In this document: positions 38,581 to 49,230 of the stretch, piece after piece
Layout: the number at the start of each line of letters is the position of its first letter
How positions within the stretch are numbered: the stretch's first letter is position 1
Virus record (IMG/VR): IMGVR_UViG_3300006153_000003
DNA from: a virus
Taxonomy: Duplodnaviria; Caudoviricetes
DNA length: 64,000 nt
Reading direction: 5' to 3' (one strand)
Program-made: the position numbers and the translations under genes
Notes under the pieces: model-generated
Seen by the model: the letters and a program-made list of their open reading frames with translations, nothing else
The model's database searches: none
Told to the model about the DNA's origin: nothing

Positions 38581-40149
38581 ATCGAGAATATAAAAAACGG
38601 AAATAACGATTCAAAACCATCTGAAGAATTAGTAACCACTACATATAACAAAGATAAAGAAACATTTAACAATTTTACTTCTGGAAAATCAAAAACTGTA
38701 GATTTTTCATCTATCAAGCGGTTAATCTTATCTGAACTTGCGTTAAATAGATCAGTACGTCCACAACGTATATGTGGTTTTTCGAGAAAACAGATTTTAA
38801 ATATGTGTCAATATCCCGAAAGATATGGTTATCACATATTAAAATTAATGGACTATATGTATCAAAAATCAGGATATATGCGAAGGCTCATAGATTATTT
38901 TTCGAATATGCCAAAATTAAATTTTTATATAGACAAAGAAGTAACTGATTATTCTTTTTTTAAAGTAAATGAAAATGTATATAAAAAAAATTATATTAAA
39001 TTTGCTTCTCAAGCTAATAAATTCAATTTGGCAAATATTATCCACGATATTACTAAAAGAATGTATCTAAACGATATATGTTACGCATTTGTTATTGAAA
39101 CAGACTTAGATATTTCATATTTCTTTCTTGATCCTCGATACTGTGAAATAGGGAAATTAGTAAACGGAAATATTTATGAATTTACAATAAATCGAAGCTT
39201 ATTATCAAATTCATACTATGAAACTCTTCCATTTGAATTACAAAGTCTATTGGAAGAATCAAAAAAAATTTCTCCGAATAATCTTGTTGACATTCCCTAT
39301 AAAAACGGATTCTGTGTGAAATATAATAACAATTTCTTGCATTTATTCCCACCCTTTTTTCCTATGATTGCTGACATTTTGTTAATTGACGAATATAAAG
39401 ATTTGGCAAAAAGTAAGGCTGTCAACGATGCATATAAATTATTAGTGCTTAAAATACCGACAAAAGATGGTGTATTAACAATGGAAGAAGCTCAAATGTA
39501 TCCATATATTGATACTGCTTTAAAAGTTGTTCAAGAAAATATTGGTGTACTTCCTTATCCAGACAATGTTGAATCTGTGGAATTCTCATCAAGTAACTCT
39601 GATGATCGAGATAAGGTGGCTGACGCAACCACACAAATGTATGCAAACCAAGGGGTTAGTGAAGCTTTAATGTCTGGTGCTTCAAGTGGTTCTGAATTAA
39701 AACTATCTATTACTAATGATAGTGCAGATATCTTTAGAATTTACAGGATGTTGGAAAATTGGGTTAATTTGCAAATGAAACTTCGAAAGTACATTTACTT
39801 ATCATATCAATTCACATATAAAATTTTTGATATTACTATTTTTAATGAATCTGATGTCATAAGTAGAGAACTTACATTAGCACAGGCCAGTACCCCGAAT
39901 AAAGAAAGATTATGCGCCGCATGTGGTATGTCTCCCTCTGCTGTGATGGGAAATATATTACATGAAGGAAAAATGTTTAAAGATCTTTTTGATTTACTGA
40001 CTCCTTTACAATCTTCATATACTACATCTGGAAATCAATCTGATGATGGGGGAAGACCTGCGAAAGATGACGGGGATTTAAGTGCGTCTGGCGAAACTAC
40101 ACGCGAAAACGATACAAATAATCCAGATAATAGAATAGAAGGGAGATAA
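38581..40149 (+). CDS. portal protein (probable ATC start at 38581)
   Basis: Follows TerL; C-terminal PLQSSYT...GGRP; frame open 74 codons upstream of first ATG, with AAGGTG RBS before ATC. Confidence 0.85.
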   Translation: MENIKNGNNDSKPSEELVTTTYNKDKETFNNFTSGKSKTVDFSSIKRLILSELALNRSVRPQRICGFSRKQILNMCQYPERYGYHILKLMDYMYQKSGYMRRLIDYFSNMPKLNFYIDKEVTDYSFFKVNENVYKKNYIKFASQANKFNLANIIHDITKRMYLNDICYAFVIETDLDISYFFLDPRYCEIGKLVNGNIYEFTINRSLLSNSYYETLPFELQSLLEESKKISPNNLVDIPYKNGFCVKYNNNFLHLFPPFFPMIADILLIDEYKDLAKSKAVNDAYKLLVLKIPTKDGVLTMEEAQMYPYIDTALKVVQENIGVLPYPDNVESVEFSSSNSDDRDKVADATTQMYANQGVSEALMSGASSGSELKLSITNDSADIFRIYRMLENWVNLQMKLRKYIYLSYQFTYKIFDITIFNESDVISRELTLAQASTPNKERLCAACGMSPSAVMGNILHEGKMFKDLFDLLTPLQSSYTTSGNQSDDGGRPAKDDGDLSASGETTRENDTNNPDNRIEGR

Positions 40150-40152
40150 TAC

Positions 40153-40341
40153 ATGGGAGAAATTTATATATTGGACAAAAAACTTGCAACTACTCTTCTA
40201 TCTCTTGGTTTTAAATATGTCAAAAGAACAATTGATAGTAAAGATGTATTTGTTTTTATACAAACAAATGAACTCATGAGAGAACTTAACTCAAATTTTG
40301 AGCAAAGTTCTTTTTATTTTGGGAAAAATCTTTGTTTTTAA
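40153..40341 (+). CDS. small DUF5659-like protein
   Basis: KKLATTLLSLGFKY pattern shared loosely with 43542 and 49017 products. Confidence 0.55.
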   Translation: MGEIYILDKKLATTLLSLGFKYVKRTIDSKDVFVFIQTNELMRELNSNFEQSSFYFGKNLCF

Positions 40342-40365
40342 ATAAATGAAAGGAGGAAATTACTG

Positions 40366-41877
40366 TTGAAATTTAATAAAAATCAGACTTTAGGATTTAC
40401 TTCAAAATTATCTGATTTTGAAATCATTAATAGTGAATTTACTAGATGTAAATGTTATATGCTTGCTGTTGGCGATAACGTAAATGGATCTGATATCACG
40501 CTTGACTCTGTAAAAAAGGCAATGTCAAGAGGCGAATTTTATAACAAGCCTATTGTAGCTCACCTGTATAAAGATGAAGACACAGGTAAATGGAGAGTTG
40601 GAGGACACGATTCCAAGTGGGTTATCACAAATACATCTATAGAAATTATTAATGAATGTATTCCTTTTGGAACCATACCGGAATCATCTAATTTACAGTT
40701 AGAAGAAGTTTTGGAACCTGATGGAGAAACAACAAATACATATCTCACTTGTCAGATTATTCTTTGGACTGGACGTTTTAACATCATGGATGCAGCATAT
40801 AGTGATTCAATCTATTTTAATCAAAGCTGTGAATTATCTGTAAACGACTATCATTGGAAAGAAAATGATGTTCTTGCAATCGACGATTTTACATTTAGCG
40901 CATTATGTTTGCTTAACAAATCTGATGATAAATCAAAAAATGTACGTCCTTGTTTCCCATCTTGTAGAGTTGAAAAAATGCAAGGCTTCTCTATTGATGC
41001 TGATAAGTTTAAACAAAATTTTGAATTAATGCTAGATAGATTAAAACAATTTGAAATGGAGAGTGGGTGCCTTATTCAAAATAAATCCAACAATATGAAA
41101 GGAGTTTCAAAAATGAAATTAAGTAAATTTGCAGAAGCTCTTTCAACAATTACTTTTAAGAAGGATGATGTTGATGTTTGCAAGTACAAACTCATTAATG
41201 CTACTGAAACAAAAGTTTATGCATTAGATATGGAAGATTATAAACCTTATGGTTTTGATTATACTCTTGTATCTGATGAAGATGATGAAAAGTTAGCAAT
41301 TTCTTATGAGTCTAAAGTTGAAATGTCTTTATCTGCTATTGAAAAGATCACAGAAGATGATTTTGAAGGTTTTAGCATTGGCAATGAAATTAATGCTATT
41401 ACAAACAAATTCACTGAAGAAATGGAAGAAAAAGTAAACAAAAGAGTTACTGAATGTACAGAAAATTTAGAAAAAGAATTTAATCAAAAAATGGAAGAAA
41501 TGAAGATTGCTTTTGATGATTTGGCTAACAGTCATAAAATTGCATTAGAAAAACTTAGTAAATATGAAGAAAAAGAAGCGGCTGAAAAGGCAAAAGCGCA
41601 TGAAGACGAAATCAATGCTTTATTTGAGAAGTATTCAGGGAAACTTTCAAAATGCTCTGAATTCCTAGTTTACAAAGCAAAAGTAAATCCCAAAGACGTT
41701 ACAGTTGATGAGGTAAATGAGAAATTAACTTTGATGGTTGGAAGATTTATGATGGACTCTCAGACAAAGAAAAACTTTGCATACGAACCTACGGCAGTAA
41801 ATGTTAAAAAGGTAGACAATAAAACAGAAATAAACAAAAGATATGGAAACTTACTTGATAAGTATATCAATATTTAA
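40366..41877 (+). CDS. prohead protease/scaffold protein
   Basis: N-terminal protease-like domain (GGHD, QSCEL, FSALCLL, PCF) plus acidic coiled-coil; between portal and capsid. Confidence 0.8.
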   Translation: MKFNKNQTLGFTSKLSDFEIINSEFTRCKCYMLAVGDNVNGSDITLDSVKKAMSRGEFYNKPIVAHLYKDEDTGKWRVGGHDSKWVITNTSIEIINECIPFGTIPESSNLQLEEVLEPDGETTNTYLTCQIILWTGRFNIMDAAYSDSIYFNQSCELSVNDYHWKENDVLAIDDFTFSALCLLNKSDDKSKNVRPCFPSCRVEKMQGFSIDADKFKQNFELMLDRLKQFEMESGCLIQNKSNNMKGVSKMKLSKFAEALSTITFKKDDVDVCKYKLINATETKVYALDMEDYKPYGFDYTLVSDEDDEKLAISYESKVEMSLSAIEKITEDDFEGFSIGNEINAITNKFTEEMEEKVNKRVTECTENLEKEFNQKMEEMKIAFDDLANSHKIALEKLSKYEEKEAAEKAKAHEDEINALFEKYSGKLSKCSEFLVYKAKVNPKDVTVDEVNEKLTLMVGRFMMDSQTKKNFAYEPTAVNVKKVDNKTEINKRYGNLLDKYINI

Positions 41878-41890
41878 GGAGGATTTATAT

Positions 41891-42418
41891 ATGAATGAGT
41901 ATATGGTTGCAGAAAGCACATTATTAACTGGTGCACGGATTTTTAGTTTACAGTCTACAAAAGATATTCAAAATGGCGCAATCGTCGGTAAGGGCGATTT
42001 AGTAACCGGAGAAAAAAGTATTTATACAGCATTGGATGATTATACAAACGGAATGTATCTTGTACTTAACCCGGCATGGTCATATAAAAACGACAGAATT
42101 ACTGACCAAAATGAAGAAAACTTCATTAATAAAGCTGGGGTTGCATTTAGAGTATATCGTCTTGAAAAAGATATGAAATATAAGATTTATAATATCTCTG
42201 AGACATTTAAAAAGGGTGACAAAATTAAGTATGATTCCGCAACAGGTAGATATGTCGCTGATGAAACATCTACTTTAGAAGTAGTAGATGTAGAAGAAGT
42301 TGGTTTCCCATATTGCATTGGTAGTATTGGAGTCCAATTAGCAGATGATACCGATAATGAATATGGATATTCAACTGGTAATAAAACTGTTAAATATACA
42401 ATTGAGAAAATTGCGTAA
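41891..42418 (+). CDS. capsid decoration protein
   Basis: Position before MCP; DIQNGAIVGKG pattern. Confidence 0.65.
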   Translation: MNEYMVAESTLLTGARIFSLQSTKDIQNGAIVGKGDLVTGEKSIYTALDDYTNGMYLVLNPAWSYKNDRITDQNEENFINKAGVAFRVYRLEKDMKYKIYNISETFKKGDKIKYDSATGRYVADETSTLEVVDVEEVGFPYCIGSIGVQLADDTDNEYGYSTGNKTVKYTIEKIA

Positions 42419-42436
42419 TGATAAGGAGGACATATA

Positions 42437-43453
42437 ATGAGTTATTTGAAAGATCTTACAACTTTAATTAATGAAACACTTTCTGGAAAAGTCGCTTTGT
42501 TTGCTGGTGATGATGCTACTAAGTATACCGATCAGGCCGTTAGAGAAGGATTTTTCGAAATTCTAGGAGAAGACAAGCTTACATGGCAGGGCTGGCGAAA
42601 TCACAAAAATGAAATTTTTACGGTAATGGAAAATGTACTAACTACCAATCTCCCACTTGCCTGGGAAAATTCTCCATTCTATAATCAATTTGTAGAAACT
42701 AAAAACGGCGCGTTAGGTGATACTAATGAATTTTATGTTGATGATAATAGTATTCTTGTTGCGTCTCGTTTTTCTGGTAACCATTGGGACACTGATCGTC
42801 AGAAATTACAAGGAAAGAAAGGATTCGGACTAAGTACCGAATGGATTTATATTCGAATTTATGACGAATTAGAAAGATTTCTAAAAAACATCATTACACT
42901 TGCTGAAATGACAAAAAAATTACAGCAGGCTTTCCAAGTAGAAATCGATACACGAATGTATGCTGCTTTTAATGGAATCGGTACATATCTTCCTGCAAAA
43001 TTTCAGGAAGGTGGAGTCTACGACAAATCAACAATGACAGACCTAATTCAAAGGGTACAGACAGCTTCTCAAAAGAATGTTATTCTTGCTGGTACTAAAT
43101 CTGCACTTGCTCATATTGTTGATGGCATCGAAGCTGCTAGAATGTCTGCAAGTCAGAAAGAAGAGTTAGCAACCAAAGGAGCGCTGCTTGATCTTACCGG
43201 TCTTGGCGTATCCGCAGTAGAAATTCCACAGACTTTTATCCGTGGTACATATGATTTTAAAGTAGATAATAACAGTATTTTTGTTCTTCCAGATAATGAA
43301 AAATTTATCAAATTATATTTTGAAGGAGATACTAGAGCTAGAGAACTTGGTTCTCAGGATACAATGGATCAAACAATTGATACACAGGTTCAAACAAAAC
43401 TTGGAACTGGTATTATCGTATCCAATTTAATTGGTAAGTACACCGTAGAGTAA
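42437..43453 (+). CDS. major capsid protein
   Basis: 338 aa, SPbeta YonB-like position, FVETKNGALGDTNEF; terminator follows. Confidence 0.85.
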   Translation: MSYLKDLTTLINETLSGKVALFAGDDATKYTDQAVREGFFEILGEDKLTWQGWRNHKNEIFTVMENVLTTNLPLAWENSPFYNQFVETKNGALGDTNEFYVDDNSILVASRFSGNHWDTDRQKLQGKKGFGLSTEWIYIRIYDELERFLKNIITLAEMTKKLQQAFQVEIDTRMYAAFNGIGTYLPAKFQEGGVYDKSTMTDLIQRVQTASQKNVILAGTKSALAHIVDGIEAARMSASQKEELATKGALLDLTGLGVSAVEIPQTFIRGTYDFKVDNNSIFVLPDNEKFIKLYFEGDTRARELGSQDTMDQTIDTQVQTKLGTGIIVSNLIGKYTVE

Positions 43454-43481
43454 TAAAATATAATCCATAATACTTTTAGCC

Positions 43482-43505
43482 ACACCTATAAATAGGTGTA
43501 TTTTT
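43482..43505 (+). terminator. intrinsic terminator after MCP
   Basis: ACACCTA-TAAA-TAGGTGT followed by ATTTTT. Confidence 0.6.
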
Positions 43506-43541
43506 ATATCTTTTTTGGTGTGGCTAATTTAGGAGTAAATA

Positions 43542-43739
43542 ATGAGTGTAAAAAAAGTATTTGATAAAGAGTACTCTACAAGCTACATGAAGGAAAAGCA
43601 ATGGTTATCTAATCACGGCATTCCATATGAGTTTGTAAAAGTAATTAATGGAATAACCTTTTATAAATACAAAAAGACTTCTGCATTATATAAAGTACTT
43701 TTTGAATTTTACCATCATTTAGAAAATGATTTGATATAG
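43542..43739 (+). CDS. small DUF5659-like protein
   Basis: Clear paralogue of 49017..49205. Confidence 0.7.
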   Translation: MSVKKVFDKEYSTSYMKEKQWLSNHGIPYEFVKVINGITFYKYKKTSALYKVLFEFYHHLENDLI

Positions 43740-43749
43740 GAGGATAACA

Positions 43750-44475
43750 ATGAATTATGAAGAAAAGTCCCTTTCAGAATTAAAAGAATATGCTAAAAGT
43801 ATTGGTTTATCGGTAGGGAATATTGGAAAAGAAAAATTAATTACAAAAATCAAAGAAAAGGAAAATTTATCCAGCGTAATTGATGATTCTGATTTGAATA
43901 AAGATGAAATGAAAATAGATTCAAATAATAATGTGAATGAAAATTCTACATTACTTGAATCTATTACTTCTGCTATCGACGATTTGGAAGATTCAAGTGG
44001 AAGCGAAATAACAGGGACCGTAGATGACCTTCCCATTGATACAGTGATTCCAGTCAAATCAATTAAGTTTGGAGGATTAACATATAGGTCAAGATCTACA
44101 AATGCAACATTTAGATGGAACCAGATTGGTGCCATCGAATATATGACAATTGCAGAATTAAATGAGATGAATAATTTTAAGCCTTCATTTTTAAATAAAC
44201 CTTTAGTTATTTTAATGGATGAACGAGCCATTAAAAAATTTAGATTATTACCTGTGTATGAAAATGTTGCAAAAATTAATAATCTGAAATCTGTATTTAA
44301 TTCTGATATGACAACTATAGAAAAAACTATTGATGTAGCTTTACGAGTTAATATGCGTGATATTCTTATTTCTAAAGTACGACAAATGATAAAAAACAGA
44401 ACTTTAGTAGATATAAATATTATTAGAATGCTCGAGAGAAAGTTAGCTTTTGATTTCCAGGATGAAATTGAATAA
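43750..44475 (+). CDS. head-associated protein with N-terminal Rho-N-like motif
   Basis: YEEKSLSELKEYAKSIGL...GKEKLITKI; position after MCP. Confidence 0.65.
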   Translation: MNYEEKSLSELKEYAKSIGLSVGNIGKEKLITKIKEKENLSSVIDDSDLNKDEMKIDSNNNVNENSTLLESITSAIDDLEDSSGSEITGTVDDLPIDTVIPVKSIKFGGLTYRSRSTNATFRWNQIGAIEYMTIAELNEMNNFKPSFLNKPLVILMDERAIKKFRLLPVYENVAKINNLKSVFNSDMTTIEKTIDVALRVNMRDILISKVRQMIKNRTLVDINIIRMLERKLAFDFQDEIE

Positions 44476-44498
44476 ACATAGATAGGTGGTGTGTGCAT

Positions 44499-44951
44499 AT
44501 GGCTAATACTACTTATAAAGAACTTGCGGATGCTGTATTTAATAAAATTAAAGATATAGATTTTGCAAATATGGACGAAAATATTGCTTATCAAATAGTT
44601 ATTGGCTATATGCGATCTTCCATTGTCGCTTTTGAATCTGCAAAACAAGATTTATTTAACCGAGATGATACGTTGGAACAGTTTAATATAAAATTAACTG
44701 ATGAGACATTTATAATCCTTGTAAACTATATGATTATCGAATGGCTTACATCTAATTTTATTTTAACTACAAATGCTTTAAAATCGAGACTTAGTTCTAG
44801 TGATTTTCATAGTTTGAATCTACATAATCAATTAGCAAAAGCTATAGAACTTCGTGATTATTTAAAGGCAGAAAATGATCAATTAGCGATCAATAAATCA
44901 TATAAAGATTCAAAAATGTTTGACTTAATAGCAAATCGGAAGAAGGTGTAG
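44499..44951 (+). CDS. head-tail adaptor
   Basis: Synteny and size; TTYKELADAVFNKIKD. Confidence 0.65.
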   Translation: MANTTYKELADAVFNKIKDIDFANMDENIAYQIVIGYMRSSIVAFESAKQDLFNRDDTLEQFNIKLTDETFIILVNYMIIEWLTSNFILTTNALKSRLSSSDFHSLNLHNQLAKAIELRDYLKAENDQLAINKSYKDSKMFDLIANRKKV

Positions 44952-44952
44952 C

Positions 44953-45978
44953 ATGAGTCTATATCTTATGAAAGAACGAATTAAAGAAAGCGGAGCAACA
45001 CTTTATGACGAACAAAAAAAAGATGCTCAAAATATTTTAGAATATGGTTTTCGTGATGATATATCATATAATAAAAACATTGTCACATACGAAACTGATA
45101 GGAAAATTCCAATAAAGATGTTTGATCAAAAATACACAGCCTCTTATGGATTTACATCTAAGTTTCTGTCTCCTCACAATATTCAAATTAATTTAGGAGA
45201 ATTAATTTTTGACACTGAAAAGAGAGAATATTGGCTGTGCATAGAATCTTATGATGTTTCTGGAATTCACATTGAAGGAAAATTGGGAAAATGTTCACGC
45301 TTTATCAGATGGCAAGACCGTAATGGAAACATTCAAAAAATCCCCGTGATATCAAGAAATGCTACTCAGTATAATAATGGAGAATATAAAGATGAAAAAA
45401 TAACTTTAGGCTCTGACCAGATAATGATGTATACTCAATTGAATGAGCATACGAGAATATTGGATCACGGAACAAAATTCTTTATAGATGAGAATTTAAA
45501 TAATCCAAGTGTTTATGAACTTACAAAACCAGATACCGTGGATTATTCTTATATGGGAAAAGGCATGATTTCATTAATGTTGACAGAGCTTCCTTACTCT
45601 CCAACAAAAGAAGAATTGGAATTGGGTATATGCAATTATAGAGTAAATACTACTTCTCTCCCATCCCAGGTAATATCCCCTGATGAAATGGACGATATAA
45701 CTGCACATATCTCTGGAAATAAATGTATAAAATTGGGAATTTCCAAAACCTTTTCCGTATCATTTATGGATAATGATAAACAGAAGCTTGACTGGGAAAC
45801 TGTGAATTTCAAATGGAATGTTGTCTCCGATTTTAATATTGTACAAAATATAATTGGCAATAAGATAGAATTGACTGTTGAAGACGAGAACTATATAGAT
45901 AGTTCTTTTTTATTGCAAGTAGTTGTTAATGAAAAGGTCATCTCGGAAAATTCAATACTTGTTGTGTCTTTAGTGTAG
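44953..45978 (+). CDS. head closure/neck protein
   Basis: Synteny; C-terminal Ig-like region. Confidence 0.55.
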   Translation: MSLYLMKERIKESGATLYDEQKKDAQNILEYGFRDDISYNKNIVTYETDRKIPIKMFDQKYTASYGFTSKFLSPHNIQINLGELIFDTEKREYWLCIESYDVSGIHIEGKLGKCSRFIRWQDRNGNIQKIPVISRNATQYNNGEYKDEKITLGSDQIMMYTQLNEHTRILDHGTKFFIDENLNNPSVYELTKPDTVDYSYMGKGMISLMLTELPYSPTKEELELGICNYRVNTTSLPSQVISPDEMDDITAHISGNKCIKLGISKTFSVSFMDNDKQKLDWETVNFKWNVVSDFNIVQNIIGNKIELTVEDENYIDSSFLLQVVVNEKVISENSILVVSLV

Positions 45979-45988
45979 GAGGTGAAGC

Positions 45989-46588
45989 ATGTCAAATTTA
46001 TATAATTTATCCAGTTACAAAAATAAAATCATTGATCTCCTACTTAAGAATAAGGATTTCATAAAATTAATTTCACCCAAGAGTGATAGTGAATGTGATG
46101 ATCTCGACATTATTGATGTTCTCTTAGGTGGAGAATGGATCATTGATGGTATACAGTATGATGAACAAGGTTATATTTTTGATCACAATTTTGTAAATGA
46201 TACCATAACTCAAGATAAAACATTTGTGTTTGTTGAAACAGATGTCGAATATGTAAAAAATGGGTTATTTGCAGATTTTAACTTGTTCATTTGTATTTTT
46301 ACATCGAAAGAATTGGTTCGTCTTACAGATTATACTTCACCATCTGTAAAAGAAGTAAAAGATATGGGATATTTTGCTGGTAGGCACGGAAATAGAATTG
46401 ATATATTGTGTGATATCGTAGATAGAACCATTAATGGTAATGAAAAAATCCCAGGCATTGGAACTGTCTCTCCTGATTACAGGAATTATATTACCCAATA
46501 TTGCCCAGCTAATAAATACTATGGTAAGTGTTTAAAATATAAAATCACAAATTTGATTGAGGATGGTGATGAATGTGAAGATTACTAA
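45989..46588 (+). CDS. tail terminator/neck protein
   Basis: Synteny; GNRIDILCDIVDRTING. Confidence 0.55.
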   Translation: MSNLYNLSSYKNKIIDLLLKNKDFIKLISPKSDSECDDLDIIDVLLGGEWIIDGIQYDEQGYIFDHNFVNDTITQDKTFVFVETDVEYVKNGLFADFNLFICIFTSKELVRLTDYTSPSVKEVKDMGYFAGRHGNRIDILCDIVDRTINGNEKIPGIGTVSPDYRNYITQYCPANKYYGKCLKYKITNLIEDGDECEDY

Positions 46589-47345
46589 AGAATCGTTGCT
46601 TCCTCTTCTGATTTACAACTCTCCCATAAAGTACGATGAGCATATTACTATATATCCAGTAACTATGAGAGATGTAATTACCTTTCAATTCTTAGAACCC
46701 TCTCTAACTCTTAGAAAGAATAGTACCTTTCGTGAAAAGAAAATTATAAAAATGACATATCTTGATTTCCTTTTATACACAATCGGAAATACTGAGTTAG
46801 AAACTCAATATGAAATACCTGGGCTGTCAAAATATTATTACTATGTTATTCAATTGTTACAGCTCTGCTGTAAAAACGATAAGGTTACGATTGATCAATA
46901 TACTGGAAAAATATCTATAAATGACGAAATTATCACATCTCAAATTTTTGATGATTTGAGAAGGATTATTATAATTCAAAATGATATTGACTTTGATATC
47001 GATGAATTTATGAATCGTGACACAGAACAACGTCTTTTAAAAGCACAAAAGGATTCTAGTAAAAATGATGACAAAGCGACTATTGAAGATTATATTGATT
47101 CACTCGTAATAGCAATGCATGTTACAGAAGATTATGTTATGAATATGACTATTCGAAAATTCTGGCGATATATAAAACGTTATAACTTGCATGAAACTTA
47201 TACTATTGCGAAAACAGGAGAATGTAGTGGTTTTGTCAAATTCAAAGAACCTATAAAGCACTGGATGATATCTTTTGATAAGGAAGATAAATATAGTAAC
47301 TTGAAAGCAGACGAAAATGAATTGAGAAGCAAAGTTTCTGGATAA
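46569..47345 (+). CDS. tail assembly protein
   Basis: Synteny; VMNMTIRKF motif; start uncertain. Confidence 0.55.
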   Translation: MNVKITKESLLPLLIYNSPIKYDEHITIYPVTMRDVITFQFLEPSLTLRKNSTFREKKIIKMTYLDFLLYTIGNTELETQYEIPGLSKYYYYVIQLLQLCCKNDKVTIDQYTGKISINDEIITSQIFDDLRRIIIIQNDIDFDIDEFMNRDTEQRLLKAQKDSSKNDDKATIEDYIDSLVIAMHVTEDYVMNMTIRKFWRYIKRYNLHETYTIAKTGECSGFVKFKEPIKHWMISFDKEDKYSNLKADENELRSKVSG

Positions 47346-47398
47346 CAGGCTTTGCTTTTTATTTTGAATAAAAAGATTTAAGAAAGTGAGGATATAAA

Positions 47399-48427
47399 AT
47401 GGCTAATGCAAAAAATGCTAAGAATGCTAAAGACTTTTTAGTTAGTACGGCTGATTTCTCATTGTTTTATAATGATGTATTGGTGTGTACTGGTAACACA
47501 AACCTTAACGCATCAATTGAAGTGACAATGCAAGAACAAAATGTTAACGCAGGTAAAGGTAATAAATTGCTTTATTCTTACAAATATGGTAGGGAACTTG
47601 CGGTTACTCTGGAAGCCGCCGACTGGAAAATAGAGTATATTGCTGCGCAGAGTGGGACAAAGATTACAGAAGGTTTGAGAGATGCCTATGAAATGGCAAA
47701 GTGTATTACTATCGTAGATGGTGTCGGTATACTTCCTTCTGTTCCAATTGGTGATGTTGCAGTCGAATTAGCAGACGGGACTATTGTAACTGTAAAAGCT
47801 GAGGGCACTACTATTGACTTAACAAAATTTGGAGTTGTAAAGGGAACTGTAAAAGTTACATATCAGTACAAGAGAATTGCAAAATCCATTGTTATTGATG
47901 CTGAAAGTTCTCCAGATGTTTATAAACTTGTACTTGTTGCAGATAAGCACAATAACAAGATTGGTAAGGTTGGTAGCGTTCAGATCGTAATTCCTTCCTA
48001 TCAACCGAGTGGTAACTTTACCATTAACTTTACGCCGGATGGAGTAACAAGCGTGAATATTGATGGTAAAGCCTTGGCAGTCGAAGGTGATACTTGTGAG
48101 GATGGATCTGGTGTATATGCTTACATCTATGATTTTGAAGAGGAGACTACTACTTTCCATATCACTGAACTTGCTGCTACCCCAGCTACAATCGAATTAA
48201 CTACTGCAGGCGCTACCCAGGAGATCTCCGTTATTGGTTTGAAGGGGGTTATGTATAATCCAATTGAGCTTGAGAATACGGAATGTACTTTTGTGAGCGA
48301 CAATCCCGAGATTGCAACGGTGGATGAATCTGGAGTTGTTACCGCAGTTGTGGCCGGATCCACAAAGATCACTGTAGCATACAATGGCGTTGAGGATGAG
48401 GTTGATGTCCAAGTAACTACGGAATAA
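47399..48427 (+). CDS. major tail (tube) protein with C-terminal Ig-like (Big_2) domain
   Basis: SDNPEIATVDESGVVTAVVAGSTKITV Big_2 motif; synteny. Confidence 0.85.
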   Translation: MANAKNAKNAKDFLVSTADFSLFYNDVLVCTGNTNLNASIEVTMQEQNVNAGKGNKLLYSYKYGRELAVTLEAADWKIEYIAAQSGTKITEGLRDAYEMAKCITIVDGVGILPSVPIGDVAVELADGTIVTVKAEGTTIDLTKFGVVKGTVKVTYQYKRIAKSIVIDAESSPDVYKLVLVADKHNNKIGKVGSVQIVIPSYQPSGNFTINFTPDGVTSVNIDGKALAVEGDTCEDGSGVYAYIYDFEEETTTFHITELAATPATIELTTAGATQEISVIGLKGVMYNPIELENTECTFVSDNPEIATVDESGVVTAVVAGSTKITVAYNGVEDEVDVQVTTE

Positions 48428-48489
48428 ACGATAAAATAATACGGTAGATGGTTGAAACATATCATCTACCGATAAATACGGAGGTATTC

Positions 48490-48738
48490 ATGGAAGAAAC
48501 AAAAGGAGTTCTGGAAGAAATCACAGAAGAAGTTCTTCCTCGGAAACCCAAAAGAACTAATGGCTTTAAAATAAAAAAATGCAGAGTTCTTTCCTATAAT
48601 AAAGCAACGAAGGACTTAGATATACTATTTGATCAATACGGTATCCGGATTCATGATGCGGTGGATCCCCAGGATGATATGGTTGAAATCAAATACAAAG
48701 GTACTATAGGGAAACCCAACTTTGCTTATAAGATGTAG
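48490..48738 (+). CDS. hypothetical phage protein
   Basis: GGAGG RBS before ATG 48490. Confidence 0.7.
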   Translation: MEETKGVLEEITEEVLPRKPKRTNGFKIKKCRVLSYNKATKDLDILFDQYGIRIHDAVDPQDDMVEIKYKGTIGKPNFAYKM

Positions 48739-48745
48739 GTGCATA

Positions 48746-48928
48746 ATGTGTAAGAATGCATATGAAAAAAAATCTGAACGTACAAAGAAAAAGATGATAT
48801 TCTGCAAATTGAAAGGAAATGATGCAACTCTATCTCAGTTATGCATCAGCCAACGTTTCTGTTCAGAAAAAGATAAATATATTCCAAATAATCAAAAAGG
48901 AAATTGTAAGTATTATGAGTGTAAATAG
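48746..48928 (+). CDS. small Cys-rich protein
   Basis: AGGTG RBS; several Cys. Confidence 0.6.
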   Translation: MCKNAYEKKSERTKKKMIFCKLKGNDATLSQLCISQRFCSEKDKYIPNNQKGNCKYYECK

Positions 48929-49016
48929 ATTAGTGTATATGAATGGGTAAGATATATGGACTAATCTATTTTAGTTGTATGTCTTACCCATTTTTTTACG
49001 AAATGAGGTGATGACA

Positions 49017-49205
49017 ATAAATGAAGTAAAAATAGATCCTGAATACAATTGCGTTTGGGCAGAGGAATATTCATATCTTTCTGACCACGGAATTAAATAT
49101 ACATTTGTAAAAACTGTAAATGGTGTTACTGTATGGAAATACCGTAAAAATGAACGATTGTTTAAAACATTGGCAGATTTTTATAAAAATGTTTATTACA
49201 GATAA
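49017..49205 (+). CDS. small DUF5659-like protein (ATA or ATG 49011 start)
   Basis: Paralogue of 43542..43739 (LS.HGI.Y.FVK..NG.T..KY.K). Confidence 0.7.
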   Translation: MNEVKIDPEYNCVWAEEYSYLSDHGIKYTFVKTVNGVTVWKYRKNERLFKTLADFYKNVYYR

Positions 49206-49230
49206 TTATTTTAGGAAGGAGTAATTATAT

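Noticed and set aside
43755-44648. 297-aa minus-strand ORF
   Set aside because: Antisense shadow of two well-supported head genes; no RBS
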